Below are positions 24,222-38,362 of a stretch of DNA of 64,000 bases, one piece after another; the stretch's first letter is position 1; each line of letters begins with the position of its first letter. The DNA is taken from NCBI GenBank assembly GCA_964016885.1, contig OZ024751.1, positions 21,886,001 through 21,950,000 of the forward strand, read 5' to 3'. The notes under the pieces are model-generated. The model saw nothing but the letters and a program-made list of their open reading frames with translations. It made no database searches and was not told the origin of the DNA. This stretch comes from Eledone cirrhosa (taxonomy: Eukaryota). A program made the translations under genes and the position numbers.

Positions 24222-25944
24222 ATATTTATATATGTATGTATATATATATATATATATGACATTAAAACAAAAAGTAAACCATCAATCACACTCACACAAA
24301 ATAAAAGAAAATCTTTAAAAGAGAAATGAAGTGGAGGTGTGGAACATAGAGATCAGAAAGTACAGTCTTGAAATCTAATTTGAATAAGATTATGGAAAAA
24401 AAAAAAGTTAATGGTCACATTAATAGAACATAAACAAATTAAGTTTAAAAAAAAAAAAAAAGAAATTCAGTTGCAGTTTCATTAGAAAAAATTTGATCTG
24501 TACTCAGGAGGTCTGGATTTTTAAGGCAGGTAAGACAGAGAAACTATGGAGGAACCCCACATTGACTGTTGGGTGATTAGATTTAGGAGTGGGAGGGGGA
24601 TTATTAAATACTACTAAAAAAAAAAAAAAAAAAAAAAAGCCTCCAACAGAGAATTTCTTATTTTCCTCTGGAGTTTCACATACCTTAATCCAGACCGGTT
24701 TAAAAAGAAAAAATATACTAACAAAAAATATAATAGTTTGTGCAGAGTTTTTTTTTTTGCTCCTCAGTTTTTTTAATTTTTAATTTTTTTCAAAAGAAAA
24801 CATTTTTTTTTCTTTTTTAAATTTAAAGACTATTATTTCTTATGTCAGTTATGCAGGTTCTTGACTGGCTATCAAAATATAAGAATATGGGAACTTTGAT
24901 TTTAACAAAAAAAAATCAAAACAAAAACAACCCAACAAAATAATAATAATAATAATTATTTATATATATTTTTGAAGACTTTTGTTCAATTGGTATATTT
25001 ATTTTACTAAAAATTGAACTAATTAACTTAAAAAAAATGAAGAAACAAACAAAAAATGTCATCATGCATAATTATGTAAATATTTAATTAATTAATTAAT
25101 CTCCAGAAATTAGCTTTTCAAACTCAGTAATAATAGTAAAAAGTAAATTTTGGAGATTTTGTTTGTGTAGAAATACGAAAAATTTCCCCTGCCCCTATAA
25201 CTGAAAATATTTTGTATATATTAAATCTGTACATGGACATCATGAAAAAAAAAACAAAACAAAACATAATGAAGAATAAAAAAGACACAAACAAACAACT
25301 GAAATCTTTAATAAGTACTACTTTCTGTAAAAAGAAAAACCCTTACAAACAAAATAAACTTTTCATTTGTAGAGAAAAACATAGTTCACCATTTCATGTT
25401 TTTACATCTTTAGTTTAAGAATATATTTTGAATGATTTTTTTTTGTCACTTAGTTAGAAAGTCAGTATCATTACACTTTTCAAGAACCACCAAGAGAGTT
25501 GGACAGTGTCCTGAGTGTTTTATTTATGTATTTGATTGCATATTTAAAAAAAATCATTCCCAAGGCACCTATTATTTATAGGGATTGTTTTGTTTCCATT
25601 CCCTCAACACTTTGTGTATTTCTTTTATATTTACATAATTTCACCAATTCTTTGAGAGATACAGTATCGTCTGTTGGGACTGATACTTTAATAAGAGGAA
25701 CTGCCTGTCTTGGTGGTCCCTGATAACAATATATGACTGATTAGCCTGAATATTTCTGTGTCGATTGGCATATGCTAGAGTATGATAACTTTGTCATTCT
25801 CTGAAACCTTATCCGGTGTACGTTTATACAGGCTCCTTTGATTTGGCCTTCCCTACAGGGTTGAGAAAATAAGTGCTAGTATTATACTGAAGTGAATTCA
25901 TTTGATGTTATTTTTGCCCTAAAAAGAAATAATATTGATAAGCC

Positions 25945-26100
25945 AGAATAGTACCAATTGTGATTGGAGCACTTGAGTCAGTGACAGAAAAGCTCCAGAA
26001 AAACCTTGATTGAATTGCAATGAGTCCCAGCATTACAATATTGCAAAAAACAACACTTTTGGGAACAGCAGATATCCTGTGGAATGTACGGTCTATCTGA
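25945..26100 (+). mobile_element. 3' fragment of an R4/Dong-like non-LTR retrotransposon
   Basis: IVPIVIGALESVTEKLQKNLD*IAMSPSITILQKTTLLGTADIL with an internal stop, followed by a (TAA)n tail. Confidence 0.65.
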
Positions 26101-27939
26101 GGTTACATAATTTAATACTGAGTCAATTGAATAATCTAGTGTTAATAAGATCATCACTGCAAATAATAATAATAATAACGAAGATACTTAGCCGATCTCT
26201 TGGACTTTAAGCACTGAATATAGAGTTTATATAAAGGACGATGTGTTCATGTGTAGAGATGTCTTTAAGGGTTTTTACCTTATAAGCTATTTTATAGCAT
26301 CTCTACACATGATCATTCCACTCTTTATATTAATAATAATAATATTAGTTTAATGCAAATGATCTACTACAATTTATATATTTTTGCCTCAAGACAAGTA
26401 ACTACACCCCTGTTTGGTAATGTATTCTCCCCACATGTAGGACTCTTTTATTTCTAGATGGTGTAAAGGAGGAGATGAGTTTATTAAATACATCTACCAA
26501 CCCTCTCCAATATTTAACCTCTAAACTGTCTCACCTTGTAGGATTAAAATGCTGCCTTCAACCATTTAACTTTGTAACAATGTCTCATGAAGGAATCTGC
26601 ATTTTGTCTTAAATTCTAATATAAAACTCTCTTTCTCACACATGTATATATATATATATATATATATTTTCATATATATACATATATATATATATTTTCA
26701 TATGCAAGTATGCATGGATATGTATGTGTGTGTAATATTTTATGGGTGTTTACTTGAACAAAGTGAAAGTGGATAATACATATAATAGAATAAGATATGC
26801 ATTGTGACTCAGTTTCATAAGCAGGATTACTGAATAATCATCAGCCCCCCCCCGCCCCCCCAAAAAAAAAACTAAAAAAAAGATATTTAAAAACAAAAAT
26901 ATAGTAAGGGGCATAACTCATTTTCATACAATTTTGTAGTTAAGTAATTTCCCTTGCCTTAGTTATAACTAAAAAAAATTAGGATCTATAAAATACGACA
27001 AGATAGGGTATAGATAAATGTATTACTGTATGGTATAGCAAGTTATTAGATTGATGATTTAACTGGTAAAGACTATAGAGATAGGTTAAAACTGAAGAAG
27101 GAAATATTAAGTAATATTTTGACCATTTCTGGATATGAAACTCATGAGGTATATATATATATATATAAATATATAAACACATATTCTGCAGTTATATTGC
27201 AGTCAATTATAAATATTCATTTTCTCATATTAAAGAATCAAATTTAGCAAATTCATTAAAAATCAAATCAAAATATTTCCTTCTTCACATGAACTACGAA
27301 AACTATTTGTAAATATCATTTGATCTAATTTATAACTGATCAGTTTATTGATGTTTTGATGTATTATGCACACATTATATAAATGCACACATTATATATA
27401 TGTCTATGTGTGTGTATATATATAGATATATTTTTTATGCACACACACACACACACACACCTATGAATGCAGACATCTATTCAAGGCTATATATTTTATT
27501 TCACACAATCGTGTGCGTAGCATCTTTGTACATATTTAAATAAGTGACATTTTGTATTATTTGTATCAATGTTCTTTTATTTCATCTTCTCTGCCTCATT
27601 TTTCATCTCTCAAACTCACAGGCATACATACATACACATATACACTACACATTCTTGTTCATCATTCCATTCTTCATCATTCATTACTCACACATTCTCA
27701 TTCTCTGTCACACACTATCTATCTATCCATCCTTCTCTCCTTGTGCAGTATTTATTTTAAACTTGTCTATATACAGAATTCTTCATTTTGGTATTTTATA
27801 TCAGTCCTCAATAAAACATATTTGAAAATATATTTTGCCATCAATTATATATATATATAAAATCTTACACATTGTTTGATTTAAATATCGAAAATTCATT
27901 TATATATTTTGTCATCATGTAATTTCATATAAATTTCAT

Positions 27940-28295
27940 TTTATTTTGTCTTTTTTACTCCATTTTATTTTGTCACCTCCATTTTGTCTTTTCTCCTTCA
28001 TTTTGTCTTGTCAACTCCATTTTGTCTTGTCAACTCCATTTTGTGTTCTCTCCTCATTTTGTCTTTTCTCCTTCAATTTGTCTTGTCTACTCCATTTTGT
28101 CTTTTCTCCAATTTGTCTTGTCTACTTCATTTTGTCTTGTCTACTTCATTTTGTCTTGTCTACTTCATTTTGTCTTTTCTCCTCCAATTTATCTTGTCTA
28201 CTCCATTTTGTCTTTTCTCCTCCATTTTGTCTTCTCTCTTCCATTTTTCTTCTTTCCTCTATTTGTCTTGTCTACTCCATTTTATCTTGTCTATT
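27940..28295. repeat. Pyrimidine-rich ~21-bp minisatellite (CTCCATTTTGTCTTGTCTA)
   Basis: Direct inspection. Confidence 0.85.
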
Positions 28296-29106
28296 GTTCA
28301 TATCTGTATTCTGTACTGTATTTTCGTCTCGTCTCATTCTTTAAAATATCCCAGGACAGTGTTTAACTATCTGGTTAAACAGCTGATGACCATGGAGTTG
28401 TTTCTCCTCTTCATGTTATTGTTTGTGTTATTTGTGAGTTCAAATCCCGCCGAGGTTTACTTTGCCTTTCAATCTTACGAGGTCGATAAAATAAAGTACC
28501 AGTAATGCACTGGGTAATTGCTGGCCTTGTGCCAAAAGTAGAAACAATTATATCCTAACAGAAATGTAGATTTAAAGAGCTGAAAATGTTTTTTGTTTTA
28601 TATATAAGACATTTAAGTCTGAAAAGAAGACTATATTTTGTAATTTGAAATTAAGACACCATTGTCCTCTTGTTTGTTGCATTTCTTTAAGTTAATGCTC
28701 AAACAGTTACTCATATACACTAAATGTATAGATGAACACCCACCCAGAAACACACACATGTACACACACATAAATATACACAGGTACACACCCACACAGA
28801 AATACATCTATACACCCAACACATAAATACACCACTCACATACTCAAACACATACCACTCACAAACACACACAACGGACAGATACACACGCACACAGAAA
28901 CAGATCTATACACATAGCACAAATATATCTATACACATAAATATACACACATACACAGATACACAAACACATACACATACAATATACACATATATACACA
29001 CAGATACACAAATACATGCAGATGTGCATACTCATACAAAACACAATAAGTCTTTGACCCATTCATCTGACATTCCAACTTAAACAAATATGGTTGCTGG
29101 CTTTTA

Positions 29107-29141
<35 letters not shown>

Positions 29142-29874
29142 CACACTGTAAATGTGCTTGATGTTAGGAAGGGCATCCAACCGTAGAAAACCTGCCAGAT
29201 AGTCCTATACGAGTGAGACACGGTCACCCGACCAATCTTACCTCAAATGGGACAATTCGCGCCTAACCCATGCTAGCCTGGAAGATAGACGTTAAACGAT
29301 GATGATGATGGTGGTATATATATATATTTTAGCTTTCGCTATTATTTAAAGAATTGTATAAAACAGTGAAGGGTTGTTATTTGGAAGAATTGTTAGAACG
29401 TCTGACAGAGATGTCTTATGGTATTTGTATGGTACTAGTACAAGTTCTGTGGCATTCTCAGTTCAAATTCACCCATCTGGTCCTGTTCCTTTGTAATTCA
29501 AAGCTACATTTTGCATGGTATGGTCCCGTAACTCCTCCTATAGAGTAATAAGGTCACCATAGTGACATATGGCATTTCTTGGGCATTATTTTCAAGCCAA
29601 GCCTGGTGGAGTTCATCTCCTTTCCAGGTTTGAGTACAGCAGATTTCTACCAGGGAAATGTAAAAATAAAGAGAGAGAGAGAGAGAGACAGGAAATGAGA
29701 AGGAGATATGAAGGAAGAATCGACTCAACCCCAGTACCAGACTGGTACTTTTATTTTTTATTGACCTCAAAAAGATGAAAGCTGACCTTGGCAGGATTTG
29801 AACTCAGAGAATAGAGAGAGCTGGAATAAATTCCACAAAGTATTCTATCTGCTGTTCTACCAATTTGTAAATAT

Positions 29875-30247
29875 GGAGGCACATGGCTTAGTGGTTAGAG
29901 CATTGGCCTTGCAATCGAAAGGTTGTGAGTACAATTCTCAGACCGAGTGGTGTGTTGTTTCCTTGAGCAAGACACTTTATTTCACATTGCTCCAGTTTAC
30001 TCAGCTGTAGAAATGAGGTGATAGGGACTTGGGTCCCTATCATTCCGCTGTAAAGTGGTCGTGGAGGTGCCACGACAAAAAAGCACTCAGCCCACACTGT
30101 AAAGTGGTCGTGTAGGCGCAACGGCAAAAAAGCACCCAGCCCACACTGTAAGGTGGTGTTAGGAAGGGCATCCAGCTGTAGAAATCAAGCCAGAATCGGT
30201 TCCCGTCCCACCCTTGCAAGCAAGGAAAAGCGGACGTAAAATGATGA
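29875..30247 (+). mobile_element. Composite SINE (family A head plus family C tail)
   Basis: GGAGGCACATGGCTTAGTGGTTAGAGC head; GTTAGGAAGGGCATCCAGC..GGACGTAAAATGATG tail. Confidence 0.8.
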
Positions 30248-32169
30248 AAGAAAAAAAATAAAATTGGAGACAAAAATTTGTTATCTCTGATAGTTGCTCT
30301 CAAGAATTCTACCCGAGTATTGTGGGTTTCTTGGTCAATCATTACAAGAGGTGACACTCTATAGAAATCTTTCTTAATCTAAATGCTGTTCTCGATTATT
30401 AGTCATTCTCTCTAGTTAAAGTTTATTCATTGGTTAAGTCCTTCATTTTCTCCCCCGCCCTTTCTCTCTGTTTTTTTTTTTTTTTAAAATATGGCTTAAT
30501 CAAAGATGAAGGGCAGCCCCCTTATGATATCCTTCTCATGTGGGGCTCTGTAAGTTACAAGAGGAAGTTTCTGTCATAAGACTGGCAATTAATTGATCTC
30601 CAAAATACTTGCGAAAGGGCAGACAGACTCTGGTAAAGGTACTGAGTACAAGCTGGAGGCAACTTCATCATTTAATTGACACACTTCCCTGCATATATGA
30701 CCCACCTCATTACAGAAAAAACAAAAACAAAAATAGCCCCCCCCCCCCCAAAAAAAAACAAACAAACTAGCCCACCCCACCAAAACAAACTAGCCCACCC
30801 CAAAACAAATAAACAAGCCCCTCCCCCCAAAACAAAAAAAGAACAACAAACAAACAAGACCCCTTCCTCCAAATAAAAACAACAACTCCCCTCCACCCCA
30901 CCCTCAAAAATATATAAACAAACAAAAGACATAAAAATCCCTTAAATTTACTGCTGAGTGATAACAGGTGGTAGTTGTAGACCACAATGGAGGATTATTA
31001 TAACTTGGTATGCTGGACAATCAGTTATCTTGCTACCATAGGTTCTTAGGCTTAAGACACTATAGCAAGGTTCCTCAAACCTTTTTAGACCATCGATCCC
31101 CTTCCCTTCGTGGAATACTTGACCCCCATCAATTGATCCTAACAATGTACAAAAGTAAATAAATAAGTATATCAATAAAGACAATATTAATTAGACAATA
31201 AAGACTAATTATATATAAATCAGAATCTTGTATAAGTATGTTTTATTTTATTGTATTATTTTATGTATCTTTTAATATATATTAAGGTAAATTTCTTTAA
31301 GTCGTTTGGAAGCCTCGACAATGCAAATGGGTAAATCTCCGGGTAACAAGATCCGGTGGTGGAGAGAGAGATGTAAGTGGGTGTACGTTGAGATGCGTGG
31401 CGTGTATAAGACGTGTAGAGGAATGAAGGAAAGAGCATAAAGGATAAAATAAAATAACAACACGAGAGAGAGTTACCTTGGGAGAGATTTAATTGTCCCT
31501 ATATATTTCGGATTCACATCCATCAACTGGGGTTTTTTTCCGGGGTGGGGGAAAGGTTGTCTGTCGGAAAGGTGCGAAACTCGTCCTCCGCTGTTCGTTG
31601 TTTTGAATATCAACTGCTACGGCTAAAGTTTGTTACTGAATCTCTGGCAAAGGCGTTGGTGCAGTGTGGTTTGCTTTTATATACTCCTTAGGTGCCCAGT
31701 CCAGACTGTAAAGAACATCCAGCCCACACTGTAAAGTGATCGTGTAGGTGCCACGACAAAAAGTACCCAGCACACACTGTAAATGTGGTTGGCGTTAGGA
31801 AGGGCACCCAGCCGTAGAAAACCTGCCTCAAAACACTGTAAAGTGGACGTGTAAAAGACACGGCAAAAAGCACCCAGCTCAGACTGTCAATGTGGTTGGC
31901 GTTAGGAAGGGCATCCAGCAGTAGAAAACCAGCCAGAAACTTTCCTATATGAGCAAGACACGGTCACCCGACCCCACTTGCCTCTAAATGGGACAAACCC
32001 GTCTAACCCATGTTAGCGTGGAAGATAGACGTTAATCGACGACGACGACGACAATGACGATGATGATGATGATGATGATGATTAGGTGTCATCACTGCCT
32101 TTTCATACCACAGCAAATTTAATACTTCTGGAGTGTCCCAAAAAGGGAACTGGGCCAATGCTCTTTAAT

Positions 32170-32392
32170 TAACCTTGGAAGCTCTTTGAGACAGTATCTA
32201 GTGCTCCTATGACCACGGAGACGACCTTGATCTCATGACAGTTCCAAATTCTTTTCAGTTCCCACTTTAAATCCTGGGACCGGTTAATTTTCTCCTTCTC
32301 CTTTTCTTGCAATCTTGTGTCAAGTGCGCAAGCTACATCTATAATCAAACAATATCTGTTTTCTTTGTCAAAAATCACCAGGTCAGGCCCAT
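32170..32392 (-). mobile_element. R4/Dong-like REL endonuclease fragment
   Basis: PDLVIFDKENRYCLIIDVAC..EKEKEKINRSQDL..VVIGALDTVSK (PD..D..K motif). Confidence 0.75.
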
Positions 32393-32400
32393 TATTATTT

Positions 32401-32785
32401 GAAGCTCGGCACCTGGAGAGGCAAGTCCATGCCGTCCGACAGCGTCGTGGAGCGTTGGACGGACCGGTTAAATTGCTCGGGGTCTGGTTCGGACCGGACC
32501 TCGAGATGGAGAAAAACTGGAACGAGGTGACGAGCAAGGTGGCCTCTCTCACCCAGAAATGGGCCGAGAGGAAGCTGTCCCTGAAAGGCCGGGCGGAGGT
32601 GGCGAATGCGTACATCGCACCCGTCATCTGCTACCGCCTCACCGTCGTACCTTGCCCCGGCCCAACTCTCACCAAAATGGAGCGCCTCCTCTTCCGCTTT
32701 TTGTGGAAGGGACGCGGTCTGTAATGTTTTTCTTGATGTCAGCCCTTGAGGCTAATAAAGAAATCATTATTATTATTATTATTAT
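32401..32785 (+). mobile_element. Tx1/L1-clade LINE fragment with 3' tail
   Basis: DGPVKLLGVWFG..NW..KW.ERKLSLKGRAEVAN..LFRFLWKG, then an AATAAAG-(ATT)n tail also seen inverted at 51580-51645. Confidence 0.75.
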
Positions 32786-33055
32786 AGAATAAAGTACCAG
32801 TAATGCATTGGGTAATTGCTGGCCTTGTGCCAAAAGTAGAAACAATTATTATTATTATTATTACCATCCATATCAATAATTTTTTTCAATGATAACGTAA
32901 TTGTAAACGCCATCAGGTGAGAGTATCACAACAGTAGAACATGTTGCATGAGGTGAGCAGTGAAGATAAGATTATTTTCCATGTATGTTTAATAGGACGA
33001 TTTTCATAGCTACACATGAAAACAGTGAATGATAGTAAAAGTTAAAAAACAGCGC

Positions 33056-33104
<49 letters not shown>

Positions 33105-33112
<8 letters not shown>

Positions 33113-33255
33113 ACGAAGGATGTGTGGTAAGGAAGCAGATGGACCATAACGCACCAGAGTACTCAATACTTAGGGTAGTAGAGTGGGTAATAGGAAAATG
33201 TTTAACCCCGACAGCAGAGCTGAAGCCGTTTCGACGGCTATTTCTGGACTAAATT
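33105..33255 (-). mobile_element. Penelope-like terminal repeat family P, copy 1
   Basis: ~150-bp sequence abutting (TA)n; related copies at 36410-36605, 40598-40885 and 42590-42715. Confidence 0.55.
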
Positions 33256-34051
33256 AGAATTTTTAGCGTGGTAAATAAATAGCCGAATTTTTCAAGGGGT
33301 AATTCCTTATATGGGAAGATTGTAGTTGTCAAAAGGATTGGTCAAAATTTCTTGTAAACACAATTAAATCTTTCATAGCAGTGGGTGGGAGGTGGGGGTG
33401 GCCGAACTTACCCGTAGAACAATGAGGGAGTGGGTGGAGCCGGTCAAGCGTTGAAAGTGAATTCCATACAGCAAATTCTAAGGAGTGTGTATGAAATTAG
33501 GCAAGGTAGGAAGCAGGCGAAAAAGGATTCTGGAGAAAATAGAGAGAGGACGTTATAGAATAGGGTAATAAATTGAGATTAGAAGATAATAAATAAATAA
33601 AAAAAATATATAAAAATATTAAAATGGGATAGTAAAAAGTAATAAAAAAATCTCTAGAGACTAAAGCAGCTGCTATATTTAGTTGGTATTGCGTTTTCGG
33701 CCAATGCTATATATAATTTACTGGGGTGGGGGTACTGAGGCTACAAAAGCCCGATGGGCTGCCTCGGGGTAGGCGAAAGAGGAAAAAGGAAAAGGAAGAG
33801 GATAGGGAGTAGAAGGAAGTGATAGGAAGAGATAAAGGGAAGAAGAAAAGAAAAAGGAAAAGAAAAGAAGTACATCTACCTATGTTAGCTGGGGTTTCCC
33901 CTATCTTGTTCGGCAAGTGGGGAAAAGGAGGATGTTACAGCCATTGTCTACCCACCCGGGTCATGAGGGGGTTTGAGGGCGAGGTAAGTCCTACGCAATC
34001 GGTGTTTACGAACTTGTAACTGCATGTAAACACCGATTGCGTAGGACTTAC

Positions 34052-34844
34052 TGCCATAACTTTTAAAATTCTCAACCGATTTCCTTCAAAATTGAAACAC
34101 AGATAAATTATGTGCTAAGGATGGCTTTAGGCCAAGAATTATCCCATACAACTCGCGGAAGGCAAAAAGCCGCACAAACCTATTTTTCATTTGGTCTGTT
34201 TCTTCTGATATGAGCAACCAATTTGCTTTAAACTGTACAGGTGCATTATTTATGTATCAATAAGGTGTTAAAAGTTCCCCCAGGGCACCTTAATAAAGCG
34301 AAAACACCGCAAACATCGAATGTCGCAAATTATTTTTTCAAACATCACAGATACACCGCTTATGTGCAGTGGATGGTTTTCTCCAGCGGGACAGAGGGCT
34401 GTACAACAATGGGATGGATAACAATTGAATTTGCCCTCCACGGGCTGAGTTTTACTCAGACAAATGGGATTTATGGGCTCTGGCTGGGCAATGCGGGGTA
34501 TTTTCAAAAAATGTATACCGGGCGGAACCCTTTGCGAATCGAATAGAAATCTCAACGGGCCACAGTTGATACGTGGGCCGTAAGGATATTTAAAAATTAC
34601 CTACCCACCCTAGGCTGTGTCATCTTTGCTGCCAACATGCGTATACTTAACCGAATGGAACATCTTAGGAGACAGATAGAAGGCCTCTGCGGGTCACATT
34701 AACCAGTTGGCCGTAGTGAGGACATCCCCGACGATGACCGGGTTTTCCTACAAGACTTTATTCAACCGAGAGCTTCATCAAGTGTTATTTCTGCACAAAC
34801 AATTGTATTACTTAAACCCTAGCAACGCTGGGTACCTCAGCTAG
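34052..34844 (+). mobile_element. Non-autonomous Helitron-like element (5' end not seen)
   Basis: 3' hairpin CCCTAGC-AAC-GCTGGG at 34817-34832 followed by CTAG|T at 34841-34845; internal AACCGATTT..AAATT motif. Confidence 0.6.
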
Positions 34845-35397
34845 TTTATATATACATGTCAGCTACCGCCTGGTTTCATACTTGAACAGATCTTTTTATT
34901 TGAAAGTAATATACCTCTACATCTGTTTTGTATTTTGCAAATATGGCTGGCTATTTGACCATTTGAGAAAAAATATGAGACGAGATCTTATGAAGTTTAT
35001 ACATAATTTAATAGTCGACAAAACAAAAACAACAACAAAAGAATGATAAATCAGGGGCAATAACTTCTCTGTTTATATATTGTTAAGACAAGTTATAGCC
35101 CCTGATATCGTTGTACATATTTTGTGAAAATATGTACATATCAAATACGACATATCGGGTAATGTGGTATTCAGACTGCATGAAAATATGATGAGATGCG
35201 TATAACACTATTAAGACGGCCCCGTGTTCAGTAACGACTCCGGATATATACTTCAGTCGTATTAGATCTCATTAGCTGTGACCTACATAACCGTAGATGG
35301 AGGCCATTAAAAATAAAGAAACTCAACATCTGTTTCTTGTTCATCGGAAGTTTTCACTGTCTTTTCTGATGTTCAAACTAAAGCTATATGTATGTAC

Positions 35398-35670
<273 letters not shown>

Positions 35671-35721
35671 TATGTATGTATACGTACATACATATATGTA
35701 TACAGACGTACAGTAGCATGC

Positions 35722-35754
<33 letters not shown>

Positions 35755-35910
35755 TACACATATGCATACAGGTACACATACATATATGCACGCATCAGTT
35801 TAGCCGACGTTTATTATAACGCCTGCAATATGCAAATTAGGCTGCTCAACCGTTAATTTTCATAAGGAAAGTATATACTTTCGAACGTTCAACTATCTGG
35901 CAGATGGGTA

Positions 35911-35955
35911 AACGGTGCTGATGATAGCTAACAAGCTTGAAACTAGTACATCGTT
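35911..35955 (+). ncRNA. Minimal type I hammerhead ribozyme (Penelope-associated type)
   Basis: AACGGTG-CTGATGA-T-AGC(TAACAA)GCT-T-GAA-ACTAGT-A-CATCGTT: 7-bp stem I, intact CUGAUGA/GAAA core, palindromic stem III, GUA cleavage triplet. Confidence 0.7.
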
Positions 35956-36268
35956 CCTGTGTCAGTGTTGAACAAAAAGGTGACGTGGTTGCCTTAACAC
36001 CGTATGGCATAAATTCAGGCTGTTCGATTTGTTGACAAACAAACGAACAAAGCAGGCGTTATAATAAACGTCGGCTAAACTGATGCGTGCATATATGTAT
36101 GTGTACCTGTATGCATATGTGTATATATGTATATATATATATATATATATGCATGCTACTGTACGTCTGTATACATATATGTATGTACGTATACATACAT
36201 ACTTACATTTAAGTAAGTGCCATACTAAGAGTGAGAAATGAAATGAAATTTCGTTTTCATTTTTTCAA

Positions 36269-36414
<146 letters not shown>

Positions 36415-36604
36415 ACAAAGGAATTGTGGTAAGGAACCAGATGGACCATAGCGCACCAGAGTACTCAATAATTAGGGTAGTAGAGTGGGAAATATGAAAA
36501 AGTATGACCCCGACGGCAGAGCTCAAGCCGTTTCGACGGCTATTTCTGGACCCAGAAATAGCCGTCGAAGCGGCTTGAGCTCTGCCGCCGGGGTCATACT
36601 TTTT

Positions 36605-36692
<88 letters not shown>

Positions 36693-36855
36693 TAGTTTGA
36701 ACATATATATTCTTTATTATGGCTAAGTGGCGAATCTTGTTACTCTGAAGAGTTTCACCTGTGCACTCACAAGAGTACTTATTCTCATGTCCGCCAATAA
36801 CATACATACATACATACATAGATATACACACATATATATATCTATACACAATATC

Positions 36856-36886
<31 letters not shown>

Positions 36887-37025
36887 TTTATGTGTGTAAG
36901 TGCGTATAAACATATTTTTATATATATACATATACATATACATACAGAAACATGCATATATATATGTATGCATGACTTTGAAGAAAAAATAGGTATATTT
37001 TTGTCTATTATTACCTCATATTTTG

Positions 37026-37082
<57 letters not shown>

Positions 37083-37101
37083 GCATAGATATATGTATGT
37101 C

Positions 37102-37142
<41 letters not shown>

Positions 37143-37153
37143 GTGTATGTATG

Positions 37154-37255
<102 letters not shown>

Positions 37256-37260
37256 TTATA

Positions 37261-37293
<33 letters not shown>

Positions 37294-37589
37294 ATATATA
37301 TATACATGTACATTTAATACAAAACAAACAAAATAGGAAAATACAAGATAAAAAGCACGAAGTGTGAAAAAAAGAGAGTAAAAATTGCAAAAAAAACAAA
37401 CAAGAAAAAACAGACAAACACAAAAACGTGGCCCCTTTTCATGAAAGAAATCCTTTTTTAAACAAATCTCTGGTTGTGACATGTTGGGAGAATGTAGAAT
37501 AATTAATATATATAGGTTAATTGAAAAAAGAAAGAATAAATAACCAAATATATTAACAGTACATCAGCTACGTTGTAGGGTGTAACATA

Positions 37590-38267
37590 TTGGTGTTGTT
37601 GTTGTTGTTGTTGTTACATATTGCTGTTGTTGCTGTTGTTGTTACATATTGCTGTTGGTTGTTACATATTGCTGCTGCGGTTGTTGTTGTTGTTGTTGTT
37701 GTTACATATTGCTGTTGGTTGTTACATATTGCTGCTGCGGTTGTTGTTGTTGTTGTTACATATTGCTGTTGGTTGTTACATATTGCTGCTGCGGTTGTTG
37801 TTGTTGCTGTTGTTGTTACATATTGCTGTTGGTTGTTACATATTGCTGCTGCGGTTGTTGTTGTTGCTGTTGTTGTTACATATTGCTGTTGGTTGTTACA
37901 TATTGCTGCTGCGGTTGTTGTTGTTGCTGTTGTTGTTACATATTGCTGTTGGTTGTTACATATTGCTGCTGCGGTTGTTGTTGTTGTTGTTGTTGTTACA
38001 TATTGCTGTTGGTTGTTACATATTGCTGCTGCGGTTGTTGTTGTTGCTGTTGTTGTTACATATTGCTGTTGGTTGTTACATATTGCTGCTGCGGTTGTTG
38101 TTGTTGTTGTTACATATTGCTGTTGTTGTTGTTGTTACTTATTGCTACTGCTATTGTTTGCGGCTGTTGTGTTGTTACATATTGTTGTTGTTGTTGTTGT
38201 TATATATTGCTGTTGTTGTTGTTGTTACTTATTGCTGTTGTTGTTGTTGTTGTTGTTGTTGTTACAT

Positions 38268-38309
<42 letters not shown>

Positions 38310-38362
38310 ACATATTGCTACTGATGCTGCTGCTGCTGCTGTTGTTGTTATTGTTGTTGTTA
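37590..38362. repeat. (GTT)n-based ~60-bp minisatellite punctuated by TTACATATTGCTG
   Basis: Identical 60-nt lines 37801-38100. Confidence 0.9.

Noticed and set aside
27946-28505. Hydrophobic 114-173 aa ORFs resembling membrane proteins
   Set aside because: Pyrimidine-rich tandem repeat.
32169-32627. 152-aa minus-strand ORF as a host gene
   Set aside because: Chimera of the antisense Tx1 fragment and an REL endonuclease fragment.
33707-33916. KIGETPANIGR as a GIY-YIG remnant
   Set aside because: Too short and degenerate to support without a profile search.
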